In this document: positions 34,817-45,116 of the stretch, one piece after another
Numbering within the stretch: position 1 is the stretch's first letter
How the letters are laid out: each line of letters begins with the position of its first letter
Origin: Fibrobacteria bacterium
GTDB taxonomy: Bacteria; Fibrobacterota; Chitinivibrionia; Chitinivibrionales; FEN-1185
Length of the DNA: 64,000 nucleotides
Assembly (NCBI GenBank): GCA_037447435.1
Contig: JBBIGR010000023.1
Coordinates: 1-64,000, forward strand
Reading direction: 5' to 3'
Notes under the pieces: generated by a model
Seen by the model: the letters and a program-made list of their open reading frames with translations, nothing else
What the model was told of the DNA's origin: nothing
Databases searched by the model: none
Position numbers and translations under genes: made by a program

Positions 34817-36712
34817 ATGGCTTTTTCTTTAAACGACTTTTCCAATATTAAGAAAATAGGCGAAGGTGGTATGGGCCACGTTTATAGTGCCACACAAATT
34901 TCCTTAGATCGCAAGGTCGTTATCAAAGAATTGGCATCTAATCTAGATAAAGACCCGAACATAATCAAGAAATTTGGTAATGAAGCACGCTCGGCAGCAG
35001 CACTCGACCATGAAAATATTATTCATATTTACGACTTTGGTGAGGACCGCGGATCGTTTTTCATATCAATGGAGTTCATTGACGGCATGGATTTGGAACA
35101 GTTTTTACGATGGCAGCCGTTTTCTTTTGAAGTTGGCCTAATGGTCTTGCTTGAAGCTGCAAAAGGCCTCAGATATGCCCACGAACGCGATATTGTACAC
35201 TGTGATGTCAAACCCGGAAATATTCTTATCTCAAAAATAGGAAAAGTGAAAGTTGCGGATTTCGGATTGGCCCAGGCAGGCAACCGGAAAATCGAAATAG
35301 GCGATTCAACAAGCGTGTTCATAACCCCGGGATACATGCCTCCCGAGATTGCATCCGGAATGCAAAATCATGATAAAACCGTAGACATATGGTCTATCGG
35401 TGTTTTAGCATACCGGATCATTACCGGATCCTTGCCGTTTACAGCCACAACCATGGCGAAACTCGTGAATGCCATTGTAAATGAAAAGGAAAAAGATCTC
35501 GAGCAAATGGTGCCTTCCTTGCCAAACGACCTCTGCGAAGCAATAAAGCATTGCCTGGTTAAAGATCCTCAAAAACGTGCGCAAACGCTTGATGCTTTTA
35601 TCGGGTCACTTGAAAACTTTATTTTTGAAATGGGCGTGCGGGACATAGACAGAATGATAATGGCCTATTTATCCAATAAAGAAAACGCCATGCAAATGCT
35701 TGCCGAGCTGCTGGTGCAATTTCACATGCATAAGGGGAACGATTTTCAGGACGAGGGGAATATTTACAAGGCCGATGCTCATTTTAGACAAGCAGAGAAA
35801 TACGGGGTTTTCGACCCTCATTTACGGCCGCACCAACCTGTCGTCCTTGGCGGGAAAAACGTTCCCGGTTCCCTGTCAAAACCGAACCGATTCGCTTTTT
35901 TGAAAATGCCGCGTCCCAAGTTGTTTCCAATGAAGAAATCCGCCGGTATTGTGAGCGCTTTATCCATCGTTGCGGTCGGGGTTTTATCGATGATTTTCTT
36001 TTCGGGTCGAGGGCCGGATAAAAAGGAAGAAAAAGCCCGGCTTTTACGAAATGATGCGCAAACTGTTTTCGAAATAAATAGTGATCGCGGCATAAGCAGT
36101 CCTGCGAATAATGCCAAGCCCAAAGACACGGCAATTGGGGCTTCCGAAACATACGACGTTCTTAAGCAAGGTCTTACCAAGGTAGATGGATTGGATAAAG
36201 CGGAAAAGACGAATAAGAAAACTGCGGTTTCACGTGCAAAACCTGCGGTTGAGAGGCAAATAAAGCCATTAGTCTCATCTTTGGGATTTGTAAAATTTAA
36301 AATCGATCCTCCGCAAGCGAGCGTAATGGTCGACGGTAAAAGATGCAGTCCTCTCGAAATTTCACAAGGAAAACAATTGAACCCCGGCGGCCATTCCATT
36401 GCCGTTTATTCGATAGGGTATGCGGCATATTCATCGACGTTAATGCTGGAATCGGGTGAGACCCAAATCCTGAACGTTACCCTCAAGCAACAACAACGCG
36501 GCATTGGGAATCTTCATGTGTATTCCTACCCCTGGGCCGAGGTTTATATCGACGACTCTTATCAGGGAAATGCGCCAACGCCCAAGCCGCTTTCCTTGCC
36601 CGAGGGGGATCATTCTCTTGTGTTAAAACGAGCGGGGTTTAAAACCTATAACGCCACGGTACACGTTGCAGCAAATGAAACGACCCGGATAAAAGTGCAA
36701 CTCGAACAGTAA
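34817..36712 (+). CDS. Hanks-type Ser/Thr protein kinase with TM helix and two PEGA domains
   Basis: IGEGGMG.VY, VVIK, HCDVKPGN, VADFGLA, TPGYMPPE, DIWSIG. TM near aa 375-395. C-terminal P.A.V.VDG and YPWAEVYIDD..G..P (PEGA). Confidence 0.92.
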   Translation: MAFSLNDFSNIKKIGEGGMGHVYSATQISLDRKVVIKELASNLDKDPNIIKKFGNEARSAAALDHENIIHIYDFGEDRGSFFISMEFIDGMDLEQFLRWQPFSFEVGLMVLLEAAKGLRYAHERDIVHCDVKPGNILISKIGKVKVADFGLAQAGNRKIEIGDSTSVFITPGYMPPEIASGMQNHDKTVDIWSIGVLAYRIITGSLPFTATTMAKLVNAIVNEKEKDLEQMVPSLPNDLCEAIKHCLVKDPQKRAQTLDAFIGSLENFIFEMGVRDIDRMIMAYLSNKENAMQMLAELLVQFHMHKGNDFQDEGNIYKADAHFRQAEKYGVFDPHLRPHQPVVLGGKNVPGSLSKPNRFAFLKMPRPKLFPMKKSAGIVSALSIVAVGVLSMIFFSGRGPDKKEEKARLLRNDAQTVFEINSDRGISSPANNAKPKDTAIGASETYDVLKQGLTKVDGLDKAEKTNKKTAVSRAKPAVERQIKPLVSSLGFVKFKIDPPQASVMVDGKRCSPLEISQGKQLNPGGHSIAVYSIGYAAYSSTLMLESGETQILNVTLKQQQRGIGNLHVYSYPWAEVYIDDSYQGNAPTPKPLSLPEGDHSLVLKRAGFKTYNATVHVAANETTRIKVQLEQ

Positions 36713-36715
36713 ATC

Positions 36716-37456
36716 CTAAAAAGCATAACTCAACGCCCATTGTCCGTTACCGTTAATGCCGAAGGAAAAGTTTTTTGAAGGAGCCTCTTTTTTTGAAAAC
36801 AGATAAATGGATATCGGTAACATGACCGCACTCGCCGCGGCGCACGCGATGCCTGCGATAAGCGATGTTTGGTAATTGTTGTAATATTTGTCCAATTGCG
36901 TTTGATCGGGACTATTCACCGATTTGTATTTTTGATTCTGGTCATTAGCGTATAGTAATAAAATGCCGCTTCCACCGGCGCATATAAGCGAACCTGTCAA
37001 TAAAAGAACCGGCGCGACGATATTTTTTTTATAAACGGATGTGGTCGCTATGGGCTTGTTTTGTTTTTCCTTCGATATGGCTTCAAGCTTTTTTTCCAGT
37101 TTTGCCTGATTGAAAATAATGGTGATGTTCGGAGGAACCTCCAGCGTGTCTATTGACATCGCCCCAAATTTATTCAGTGCTGTTTTAAACGTAAGTTTCG
37201 ATTGTTCGATCAAGTTGAGCATGCCGTAGGCAAAACCGAGGTATTTATAGGCTTCGATCTGATCTTCGGGAACAGATAACTGCGGAATCAATGCGTTGAG
37301 GCTATCGGCTGCTTTTTGATACTCGCCGTCGGTATAGGCAATTATGCAAGTTTCAAGTTTCGTCCGTAATTCGTTTTGGGCTCCAGACATTGTCCAAAAG
37401 GAAGCGATAAAACAAATACACATCAAGAATCTAACGCCGGCATTTGCGCGAACCAT
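36716..37456 (-). CDS. secreted/membrane TPR-like protein
   Basis: Signal peptide, AYTDGEYQKA...EAYKYLGFAYG, then two C-terminal hydrophobic helices. Convergent with the kinase. Confidence 0.65.
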   Translation of the reverse strand: MVRANAGVRFLMCICFIASFWTMSGAQNELRTKLETCIIAYTDGEYQKAADSLNALIPQLSVPEDQIEAYKYLGFAYGMLNLIEQSKLTFKTALNKFGAMSIDTLEVPPNITIIFNQAKLEKKLEAISKEKQNKPIATTSVYKKNIVAPVLLLTGSLICAGGSGILLLYANDQNQKYKSVNSPDQTQLDKYYNNYQTSLIAGIACAAASAVMLPISIYLFSKKEAPSKNFSFGINGNGQWALSYAF

Positions 37457-37518
37457 GGCCCTGTTTCCCCCTTGTTATTTGCAAAGTAATAAAGCTTGTG
37501 TGCGGCAACGGCATGTTC

Positions 37519-38451
37519 CTACGGCTTTTCGACGCTTGTTTTTGATCCGTGCTTTAAAAAAGTCCCGTTGTGGAATTCTTGAAACGCAATTTTTAATTCC
37601 TCTTGCGTATTCATCACAATCGGGCCATACCATGCGACCGGTTCGTTGATCGGTTTGCCGGAAACAAGCAGAAATCGCATGGGTTCATGCCCGGTTACTA
37701 TAGTGCACTCGTCGCCGTCGCCGAAAATCACCAAAGACTCGTTCCGGATACGGCCTTCCCGTGCCATGTCAAAATAATTGCTGCCTTCCATGTCAACCTT
37801 ATAGGGGTCCCATTCTTTTTCAAAATATCCGCACCCTTCTATGATATATGCAAAACCGGTATGTCCTTTTCGTATCGGATGCGAAAATGCCGCGTTGGCG
37901 GGCATCGAAACGTCAAGATATTGCGGGGCAATAATAATGTTCTGGACAGGTCCCTTAACATTATTGATTTCTCCGCAAATAATCTTAATCTTACAATTGT
38001 TTTTCAAGGTGATTTCGGGAATTTGACTTTGTGTGATTCCCCGGTATCGAGGACTGGTCATTTTATGAGACCTGGGGAGGTTTGCCCAGAGTTGAAATCC
38101 CCATAACGATCCGTTGGCCGATCCCTTCGGCATTTCCTGATGAATAATGCCGCTGCCCGCAGTCATCCATTGAACGTCTCCGGATCCGATAATGCCCCTG
38201 TTGCCCATGCTGTCGCCATGGTCAATCTCTCCACTAAGGATATAGGTAATTGTTTCTATCCCTCGGTGAGGATGCCAGGGAAATCCGCTTACATACTCTT
38301 CCGGATTGCTTGAATGAAAGTCATCTAAAAGTAAAAAAGGATCCAACAGGGGAACGTGGTCGTTTCCAAATGCTCTTTTTAAGGAAACGCCTGCACCTTC
38401 AACAGTTGGTTTACTTCGTATTACTTTTTTAATGTTGCGGGTTTTTAGCAT
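37519..38451 (-). CDS. pirin family protein
   Basis: DPFLLLDDF, GFPWHPHRGIETITY, VQWMTAGSGIIHQEMP, GFQLWANLP, YGPIVMNT. Confidence 0.95.
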   Translation of the reverse strand: MLKTRNIKKVIRSKPTVEGAGVSLKRAFGNDHVPLLDPFLLLDDFHSSNPEEYVSGFPWHPHRGIETITYILSGEIDHGDSMGNRGIIGSGDVQWMTAGSGIIHQEMPKGSANGSLWGFQLWANLPRSHKMTSPRYRGITQSQIPEITLKNNCKIKIICGEINNVKGPVQNIIIAPQYLDVSMPANAAFSHPIRKGHTGFAYIIEGCGYFEKEWDPYKVDMEGSNYFDMAREGRIRNESLVIFGDGDECTIVTGHEPMRFLLVSGKPINEPVAWYGPIVMNTQEELKIAFQEFHNGTFLKHGSKTSVEKP

Positions 38452-38481
38452 AATTTAATCCTCTCATTTTACAATAGTATT

Positions 38482-38497
38482 CACAATAATCATGCCA
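38482..38497 (-). promoter_or_regulatory. sigma54-like promoter motif (imperfect) upstream of pirin
   Basis: Minus strand TGGCATGATTATTGTG. The -12 element reads GT instead of GC. Confidence 0.4.
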
Positions 38498-38536
38498 ATA
38501 TCATACCAACACTAATCGATACTAATTCCAGAATAA

Positions 38537-38574
38537 TTCTCATTTTAGGAAATTAACAATTCCTATATTGAGAA
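38537..38574. promoter_or_regulatory. paired 15-bp enhancer-like sites (TTCCTA-W3-TGAGAA)
   Basis: TTCTCATTTTAGGAA (38537) and TTCCTATATTGAGAA (38560), inverted, 23 bp apart, about 150-180 bp upstream of the sigma54 motif at 38720. Confidence 0.6.
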
Positions 38575-38719
38575 TTTCAACACGTTGGTAATTTTAAAAA
38601 CTCCTTCGAAAAGGATTCCCGTTTATTTCTCTCTTCCAAAGGCCGATGGTACTGCTTAGTCTGCTTTAATTCGCAATAATTTAGACACAGCAAAATGAAA
38701 AAAACAGAAGCGTTGCATA

Positions 38720-38735
38720 CGGCATAAGTCTTGCA
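38720..38735 (+). promoter_or_regulatory. sigma54 -24/-12 promoter motif for the wza-wzc operon
   Basis: CGGCATAAGTCTTGCA. Confidence 0.7.
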
Positions 38736-38786
38736 TTAATAATAGTTGAAAATGGAAAACCCAAACTTTAAATAGGGACACAAACT

Positions 38787-39581
38787 ATGAATCAGGAAAA
38801 AAAGCCTTTGCTCATACAAAGTGAAACCAACCCGCTCTTTTTTTTATTCCCGGTCTTGATTTTGGCAAATTTAATTTTCGGCGCAGATAAAGAAATCGCC
38901 GTGTTACGTACGGCGGAAAACGACAAAACGATAGCGACCGATCAATACCTAACGAGTCGTCACGAGGAAACCGTCGATCCTGCCAGTATCCGGCATCCCT
39001 TTGCAAAAGGAGATGCGGTGAGAATCGTCATTGCTCCCGATACTATGCATTTTGTCAATGGAATATACCATATCGACGATCACGGATATGTTTTTTTGCC
39101 CGTTATCGGAAGCACGCGGGTGGATACGATGTCCGAAAAAACCCTCACAACGTTTTTAAACACCGTGTATCTACAATACTTACGGTACCCGACGGTCCAG
39201 GTCCAGCCGCTCATACGTTTATCCTTGCTCGGTGGTTTTTACAAACCCGGTCTGTATTACATTAACCCGCAGGCTTCTGTGTGGGAGGCAATTGCCCTTG
39301 CAGGAGGGCCTGTTCGTGAGGACGGACTTAAAAAAATCAATTGGTACCGGGAAGATGTAAAGCTCAAATCCGGCCTTGTTCCTTTTGTTTCAAGCGGTGT
39401 TTCACTCGAAACCATGGGTGTGAAATCCGGAGACCATTTCAGGGTGATGCAACAACCCATGCGGACCGGTTGGGAGGTATTCATTGCCGATGTATTGCCC
39501 ATCGTCAGCGTGACCGTTTCCGCACTTTCCACAACGGCAACTTTGTATTATGTGGCTCAAGCTTCCAAAGGGGTGAAATAA
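38787..39581 (+). CDS. polysaccharide export protein (Wza/OPX-like, SLBB domain)
   Basis: GDAVRI...YHIDDHGYVFLPVIG, YLRYPTVQV, LGGFYKPGLY, EAIALAGG, C-terminal helix. Confidence 0.85.
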   Translation: MNQEKKPLLIQSETNPLFFLFPVLILANLIFGADKEIAVLRTAENDKTIATDQYLTSRHEETVDPASIRHPFAKGDAVRIVIAPDTMHFVNGIYHIDDHGYVFLPVIGSTRVDTMSEKTLTTFLNTVYLQYLRYPTVQVQPLIRLSLLGGFYKPGLYYINPQASVWEAIALAGGPVREDGLKKINWYREDVKLKSGLVPFVSSGVSLETMGVKSGDHFRVMQQPMRTGWEVFIADVLPIVSVTVSALSTTATLYYVAQASKGVK

Positions 39582-41980
39582 TGTCAAGTTTTACAACCCA
39601 GATTTCCGCCCATGAGCGTCGAGGCAATTTTTTTGCTCGAATACGGCATTACCGGCAGTTACTATGGAGAACAAAATGGATATTGCTTTTTTGTGCCGTT
39701 TTTTTTCTTATTTCATCGTCTATCACGGTGCTGTTCCTGACAAAACATGGAAAAGCGGAATTTGCAACGGTATTGATCGGTGTGGAAAATACGGCCGACC
39801 GCACCGCGGTCAAAGACGTGAGCGGGCTCATGCAGGCGCAGTCGGATATGATATTAAGCCGCACTTTTTTACAAGGTATCGTTTCAGATATGTCGTTGCG
39901 TTTAACGATAAAAAAATTTCCGCGCAGCTCCATCGTCGATTCGATCGCATTGGATTCCAATACGTTAAACGGAAGATACCGGTTTACTCTGGATTCCGAC
40001 AATCCGGGAATGTATTGGATTGGCTATTCGGGAAATGACGGGGAGGGAATAGTCAATGAAATACGTTCGCATTTGGAAAAGCCGAAAGAAATCCTTCGCG
40101 GAAACGTTTCGGAATTGTCGGTGATTTCCTTCGGCGGTCTGCGGCTCAATTTTTGCAGCTCTTTTAAGGCCAATCCGCATAATTTCTTTTTCAAAATTAT
40201 CGATATGCAAACTGCTGTCGAGGACCTTTTCGATAAAATTTCCGTCAAAGAATCCGATTCCCGGACGGGCGTATCGAATATTTCCCTTTCTGTAAAAGGA
40301 AAGGATTATAAACTCGCTGCGGACATTGCGAACAGGACCGCAGACGCATTTGTCGACAGAAACATGAATTTCAAACAGGCGCGGACACGTAATCTCGTTT
40401 CTTCATTGGAAAAACAGCTCGAATCCGTAAGCAAGGATTTGATGTCCACACAGGACGCGCTGGAACGATTCCGGGCTGCAAACCCGTCGATAGGTCTGTC
40501 CGAAAACATCAAACAACGGATCGGCAGTTTGAGTGCGATGGAAAAGGGCGCTTTTGATTCGAAAAAAGCCCTTATCGAAGGCCAGGAATTGCAATCCCGG
40601 TTTTCAACACAAAGCACCGACGAAAAACAGTTGGTGGGCAAGGAAATTCTTGCATTTCTTGCGGCTCGAAACGTGTCGGCCGCTGCGGCATTGACAACCG
40701 AATTTACCGAGCTTGTTACGGAGCGGAGACAACTCGAAAAAAATTATGTTGCCGAACATCCCTTACGCATCGATAATGCGACAAAACTCGGGAAGGTTCT
40801 CGATGACATAAATGCGGCGTTGACCGCTTACTTGTCGTCAACGCAAGCCCAGGCATCCGCCAATGCCGCAAATATCGCTTCCTTGTCGAATGAGTTGCAG
40901 ACCTTGCCGAGCAAGGAGTTGCAATTGGCCGAGCTTGAACGTCGCCATCAAATCTTTTCCGATATTTATTCGTCGGTTTTGAACAGATATAATCAGGCAA
41001 AAGTATCGAACACCGGTGAAGTTTCTGAGGTATATGTCATGGATAGGGCGGTTCCGCCCATTTCGCCCCCTCCGATGATTCTTAAGTTGCTTGTCATTAT
41101 TTTTTTCGTGACGCTCATGGGCACGTTTTTGCCAGTTTTGGCATTGGATTATTTCGACCGTACGGCGCACACCGAAGACGATTTCATATTGAAATGCGGC
41201 AAGCGGGTTTTTGAAGGAATTCCTAAACTTGAAGTGTTATCTAAAGTAAAATTGCGGGAGAACGGGCACAACGGGCATGTAACGGTCGATTCGTTGCATG
41301 ATTCCGACGAAATTACCAAAGAAGTGTTCCGGGTTCTTCGCACGAAGTTAATGCTCAAAATATTCGATGCGCCTAAAAAATCACTGGTTGTCACAAGTCT
41401 TGAACCCGGGGCAGGAAAATCGACCGTAACGGCAAATCTGGCGTTTTCTCTTGCCCAACAACGCGTGCGGACGCTGGTCATTGATGCCGACCTGCGGCGG
41501 GGAACCCTTTACAAATGGTTCGGCAAGCCGCAAACGCCCGGATTATCGGATTTTTTAGGTTCCTTTGCCGAGGTGAATCGCGATGCGGCGATGGCGTTGG
41601 TCCATGCGACATCCGTGCCGGACTTGTTTTTTGTGAATGCGGGGACACCGCAGGATACGTCGTCCGAATTGCTTTCATTGCATAATTTTGAGCAATTGCT
41701 TAAGGTGTATTCCGAGAAATTCTCGCTTATCATAATCGATTCGCCGCCGCTCGAAGCGGTCATCGACGCGGCGATTATCGCGCCGCTTATATACGGATTC
41801 CTGGTTATCGCAAGGGCAGGGGTGACCGATGTTTCCGAGCTGTCTGAAAAAATATCGGAATTTCCGGTTATCGACGAAAAAGTAATAGGGTATGTGTTAA
41901 ATAGTTTGACGTCGGAAAAATCGTCGAAATATTTCAAATATTCCAAGTATTATGCGGCAATGAAACCGGAAAAGGCATAG
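39581..41980 (+). CDS. wzc: polysaccharide co-polymerase / tyrosine autokinase (Wzc-like)
   Basis: Two TM helices with a coiled-coil periplasmic domain, E.FR.LRT, Walker A PGAGKS, IDADLRR, IIIDSPP, C-terminal Tyr cluster KYFKYSKYY. ATG overlaps the upstream stop. Confidence 0.9.
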   Translation: MSSFTTQISAHERRGNFFARIRHYRQLLWRTKWILLFCAVFFLISSSITVLFLTKHGKAEFATVLIGVENTADRTAVKDVSGLMQAQSDMILSRTFLQGIVSDMSLRLTIKKFPRSSIVDSIALDSNTLNGRYRFTLDSDNPGMYWIGYSGNDGEGIVNEIRSHLEKPKEILRGNVSELSVISFGGLRLNFCSSFKANPHNFFFKIIDMQTAVEDLFDKISVKESDSRTGVSNISLSVKGKDYKLAADIANRTADAFVDRNMNFKQARTRNLVSSLEKQLESVSKDLMSTQDALERFRAANPSIGLSENIKQRIGSLSAMEKGAFDSKKALIEGQELQSRFSTQSTDEKQLVGKEILAFLAARNVSAAAALTTEFTELVTERRQLEKNYVAEHPLRIDNATKLGKVLDDINAALTAYLSSTQAQASANAANIASLSNELQTLPSKELQLAELERRHQIFSDIYSSVLNRYNQAKVSNTGEVSEVYVMDRAVPPISPPPMILKLLVIIFFVTLMGTFLPVLALDYFDRTAHTEDDFILKCGKRVFEGIPKLEVLSKVKLRENGHNGHVTVDSLHDSDEITKEVFRVLRTKLMLKIFDAPKKSLVVTSLEPGAGKSTVTANLAFSLAQQRVRTLVIDADLRRGTLYKWFGKPQTPGLSDFLGSFAEVNRDAAMALVHATSVPDLFFVNAGTPQDTSSELLSLHNFEQLLKVYSEKFSLIIIDSPPLEAVIDAAIIAPLIYGFLVIARAGVTDVSELSEKISEFPVIDEKVIGYVLNSLTSEKSSKYFKYSKYYAAMKPEKA

Positions 41981-41981
41981 G

Positions 41982-43046
41982 ATGCGTATGCCTGGTATAA
42001 GGCGCCCGGCATTAGAACATCCGGCCCCTATTCTTTTTTGCATCACCCTCATAATGCTACTGGCCGGTCTTTGGCCTTTCCGGTTTTCTTTTCCGAATAA
42101 AGCGCATATCACCCAACGAGGCATGATTCGGTTCTCGGCACCATCGTTTGCCTACGACGACAAAGCCTTAAATCCTTTGGAACAAAAATTCCTCTCCGAT
42201 TCCAATTACTCATTGGATCTAACGCTCAACGGTTGGCCGCAGCAACGGCGCTATGTCGCACGAATAATTACCTTAGTCAACGGCGGGCGGGAGCATGTGG
42301 TCGTTGGGCAATGGAAAACGCATTTGATCGTATATGCAACCGAACAAATTCAGGGAAAAAGGATTGGGAAAACAAAAGAACTTCCCGTTTTCAATGCGTT
42401 TGCAAAGACAAAAGATTTTCATCTTTCCTGTCTGCAATATAAAGATACTCTTTTAATTTACGTAAACGGCGAATTGAAACGCAAAGCCGGGCAGGTGAAA
42501 CTGTTCGACAGGTTTCCAAGCGGTAATAATCGCTTTATGTTCGGTTCCACGCAACATGGGAAATTCGGATATTCCGGCGAATTCGGTGAATTCAGGATTT
42601 CAAGGTCATTAATGAATTATAAACCCGACATCGAATTTACGATAGGTCAAAGAAGAGGTGACGGCGCCCATGCCATTATCGTACCGAAAGAATTCCCCTT
42701 GTTTTTAAAACCCGTTCTTGCTTATCCGTGGCATGATTTTACCAATGATGCGTCGTATTGGTCCGATATTGCGGTCAATCTTGTCGGGTTTTTGCCGTTC
42801 GGATTTTTTATGGCTGCGGCAATGTCCGCACGATATAAAATGCGAGGAAAAGTTAATTTTAAAAAAGTGGTCATATTCACGACAATTGCAGGAACTGCCT
42901 TCAGCCTGACTATCGAACTGTCGCAAGTTTTTATGCCTTTGCGAACCTCGCAATTATCGGACCTGATAAATAACGGATTGGGAACTATGATCGGCGCAAT
43001 ACTGTTGTCCGTATCCTTAAAATCAGCCCCTTGCTCCACAAATTGA
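41982..43046 (+). CDS. VanZ family membrane protein with a LamG/ConA-like periplasmic domain
   Basis: N-terminal TM (GLWPF), beta-sandwich motif (LLIYVNG...FG...YSGEF), C-terminal VanZ (DIAVNLVGFLPFG, SLTIELSQVFMPLRTS..DLINNGLG). Confidence 0.8.
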   Translation: MRMPGIRRPALEHPAPILFCITLIMLLAGLWPFRFSFPNKAHITQRGMIRFSAPSFAYDDKALNPLEQKFLSDSNYSLDLTLNGWPQQRRYVARIITLVNGGREHVVVGQWKTHLIVYATEQIQGKRIGKTKELPVFNAFAKTKDFHLSCLQYKDTLLIYVNGELKRKAGQVKLFDRFPSGNNRFMFGSTQHGKFGYSGEFGEFRISRSLMNYKPDIEFTIGQRRGDGAHAIIVPKEFPLFLKPVLAYPWHDFTNDASYWSDIAVNLVGFLPFGFFMAAAMSARYKMRGKVNFKKVVIFTTIAGTAFSLTIELSQVFMPLRTSQLSDLINNGLGTMIGAILLSVSLKSAPCSTN

Positions 43047-44478
43047 GCGGCGGCACAACGAGGATAATGGCGATATATGCAACGGTAAAGGCCGCTGCTG
43101 CCATGGAATTCCCCAGCAACGACGGAAGATGACGGGGTAACGAATGTTGGAACAGCGGCGCAAAAAACACCAGGATCGCACACAATACGAACGGGAGGTA
43201 TAAAAAGAATATCTCCCGCAGCTGGGCCATAAACGGTAATGCAAGCTCCTTGAAAACCGAACGCCATATAAGGGTCGTCAATACAAACCCCGATACCGAT
43301 AGCCCGATGGCGATTCCTTCTATTCCCATATGAAGCCTGACAAGACCGTAGCACATCCCGATATTCAACCCGAGGCTGGCGACGACGTATAAAAGGACGT
43401 TGTTTTGTTTGTCTATTGCAACAAGATAATTGACTCCCGAACGAATCAGGCAGATGAAATACGCTCCGAGTAAAAGGATTTTCGCGGACATTGCTCCGGG
43501 CATATATTTACTGAAAAAAAGCTTGTACACATCCGGGGTCAAGATGAAAAGAGTGCCGATGATAAGCGGAAGCGCAAGGCCGAGCAACCGTGCCGGCATT
43601 ATCACATATTCGGAAATGGTGTTTTGTGACGCGTTTTTGCCTATTTCTTCATTGACTTTTGGGTAGAGTACCCTCCCGAGGATCATGGGAACCAAGACAA
43701 GGGCCGATACGATGCTTGCGCCCAAACCGTACCATCCCGTCGCCTGTTTTCCGAGCATCGCCATGCATAAAACCCTGTCAATGGTTGTTTGGAACATATA
43801 AGCCCACCAAATGATGGTAATGGGAAACCCGACGCCTATCAAGTACTTGAGTTGCTGTATGTCAAATGAGGGCGGAACAGCTCCCAATGTTTTTTTATTC
43901 ATCGCAATCGATATGCCCAGTATGCATATCTCGTTGACTGCAATGGCAATGACCGCGCCGTTAAGGGACCAAAAATATGAAAAAGGAACTATAAGGCAAA
44001 ACAGCGAAAGGGAACGGGCAGAATCGATTATCCCGACAAGCCTGAAATCCTGATGAGCCATGAACCGGTAATAATAGAATGCGGAAAACATGGAAACGCT
44101 TGCGGCGATTACCATAATGCGGATGATGAATGTAAAGGACAGCAGTTTCGTCGTTGTCGCGAATAATGGAAAAAGTAAACCGAGCACTATGAGGACTGCG
44201 GCCGACAAAAAGATTGAACCGAAAACATTTGATTCGAGCGCTCGTGCTTTTTCCGCTTCTCCCTGCCCTGAAAAGAAAGGGAAAAGCTTTATCAGCGACT
44301 CTATTGTCCCCAGACAAACGATGGAAGAAAATGACCCGATGACTAGTACCGTTATCCAGGTTCCATAATCGCCCGGAGAAAGAATATGCGCGACCAAAAA
44401 CATGGTAAGCGCACCGATGACTTTTACAAATGCAACCGCGATCGAAAAATAGGCAAGGTTTTTTGCTGTTTTGTTCAT
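42985..44478 (-). CDS. wzx: oligosaccharide flippase (Wzx)
   Basis: About 12-14 TM helices. A.ILSPGDYG, GFP, IDRV...LG..ATGWYG, VLYP. Confidence 0.85.
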   Translation of the reverse strand: MNKTAKNLAYFSIAVAFVKVIGALTMFLVAHILSPGDYGTWITVLVIGSFSSIVCLGTIESLIKLFPFFSGQGEAEKARALESNVFGSIFLSAAVLIVLGLLFPLFATTTKLLSFTFIIRIMVIAASVSMFSAFYYYRFMAHQDFRLVGIIDSARSLSLFCLIVPFSYFWSLNGAVIAIAVNEICILGISIAMNKKTLGAVPPSFDIQQLKYLIGVGFPITIIWWAYMFQTTIDRVLCMAMLGKQATGWYGLGASIVSALVLVPMILGRVLYPKVNEEIGKNASQNTISEYVIMPARLLGLALPLIIGTLFILTPDVYKLFFSKYMPGAMSAKILLLGAYFICLIRSGVNYLVAIDKQNNVLLYVVASLGLNIGMCYGLVRLHMGIEGIAIGLSVSGFVLTTLIWRSVFKELALPFMAQLREIFFLYLPFVLCAILVFFAPLFQHSLPRHLPSLLGNSMAAAAFTVAYIAIILVVPPLNLWSKGLILRIRTTVLRRS

Positions 44479-45116
44479 TCGGTACGATCAACCTTGTTCC
44501 AGGTGCCGGTGCTGCCGTTGAATCGACTGATAATTTTTGCCGGCGCGCCGGCGGCAACGCAGTAATCGGGAATATCGCCGTTTACAACCGAATTAGCGCC
44601 GATGACGCAATGTTTCCCTATTTTTGCCCCGGGCAGTATCACGGCATTGTGGCCGATCCAGGTTTGTTCTCCGATCAAGACATCCATTGCTTTGCGGATC
44701 CCCTGATCGGTAATGGGGACCGAAACATCTTTAAATTCGTGGCCGTGATCGGATATGAAAACATTTCTTCCCAACAGCACATGCTTTTCAAGGATGATGT
44801 TTTTGGCTGCGGATATGGTCGCATTCATGCCGATGGAAACATTGTCGTGAATTGTCAAGAGCGGCGTTTGAGGAAGCGCATTGTTTTCTATCACGGTTTG
44901 TATCCAGCAATTGCCGTTGATGACGACATGTCGTCCAACTGCGATAAATCGCATATTCGAAAACCTGAGCGGCGGCGTAATGACCGAATCCTTTCCAAAA
45001 GTATGAAAGCACTGCCGTAATACGAATGTGTATGCGCGCGCCTTGATCCGCAATAATTTTACAAGCAGTGTTTCCATCATGTCGTCCTTTTTATAAAATA
45101 CCGGTTGCCAGGTCAT
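44475..45116 (-). CDS. hexapeptide-repeat O-acyltransferase
   Basis: Left-handed beta-helix repeats, SDHGH, IGEQTWIG, VIGANSVV, AAGAPAK. Confidence 0.88.
   Translation of the reverse strand: MTWQPVFYKKDDMMETLLVKLLRIKARAYTFVLRQCFHTFGKDSVITPPLRFSNMRFIAVGRHVVINGNCWIQTVIENNALPQTPLLTIHDNVSIGMNATISAAKNIILEKHVLLGRNVFISDHGHEFKDVSVPITDQGIRKAMDVLIGEQTWIGHNAVILPGAKIGKHCVIGANSVVNGDIPDYCVAAGAPAKIISRFNGSTGTWNKVDRTE

Noticed and set aside
39341..39580. 80-aa N-terminal extension of Wzc (similar extensions at 17492, 53390, 57002 and 13672)
   Set aside because: These extensions overlap upstream genes or intergenic DNA. Downstream starts coupled to upstream stops or RBSs fit better.
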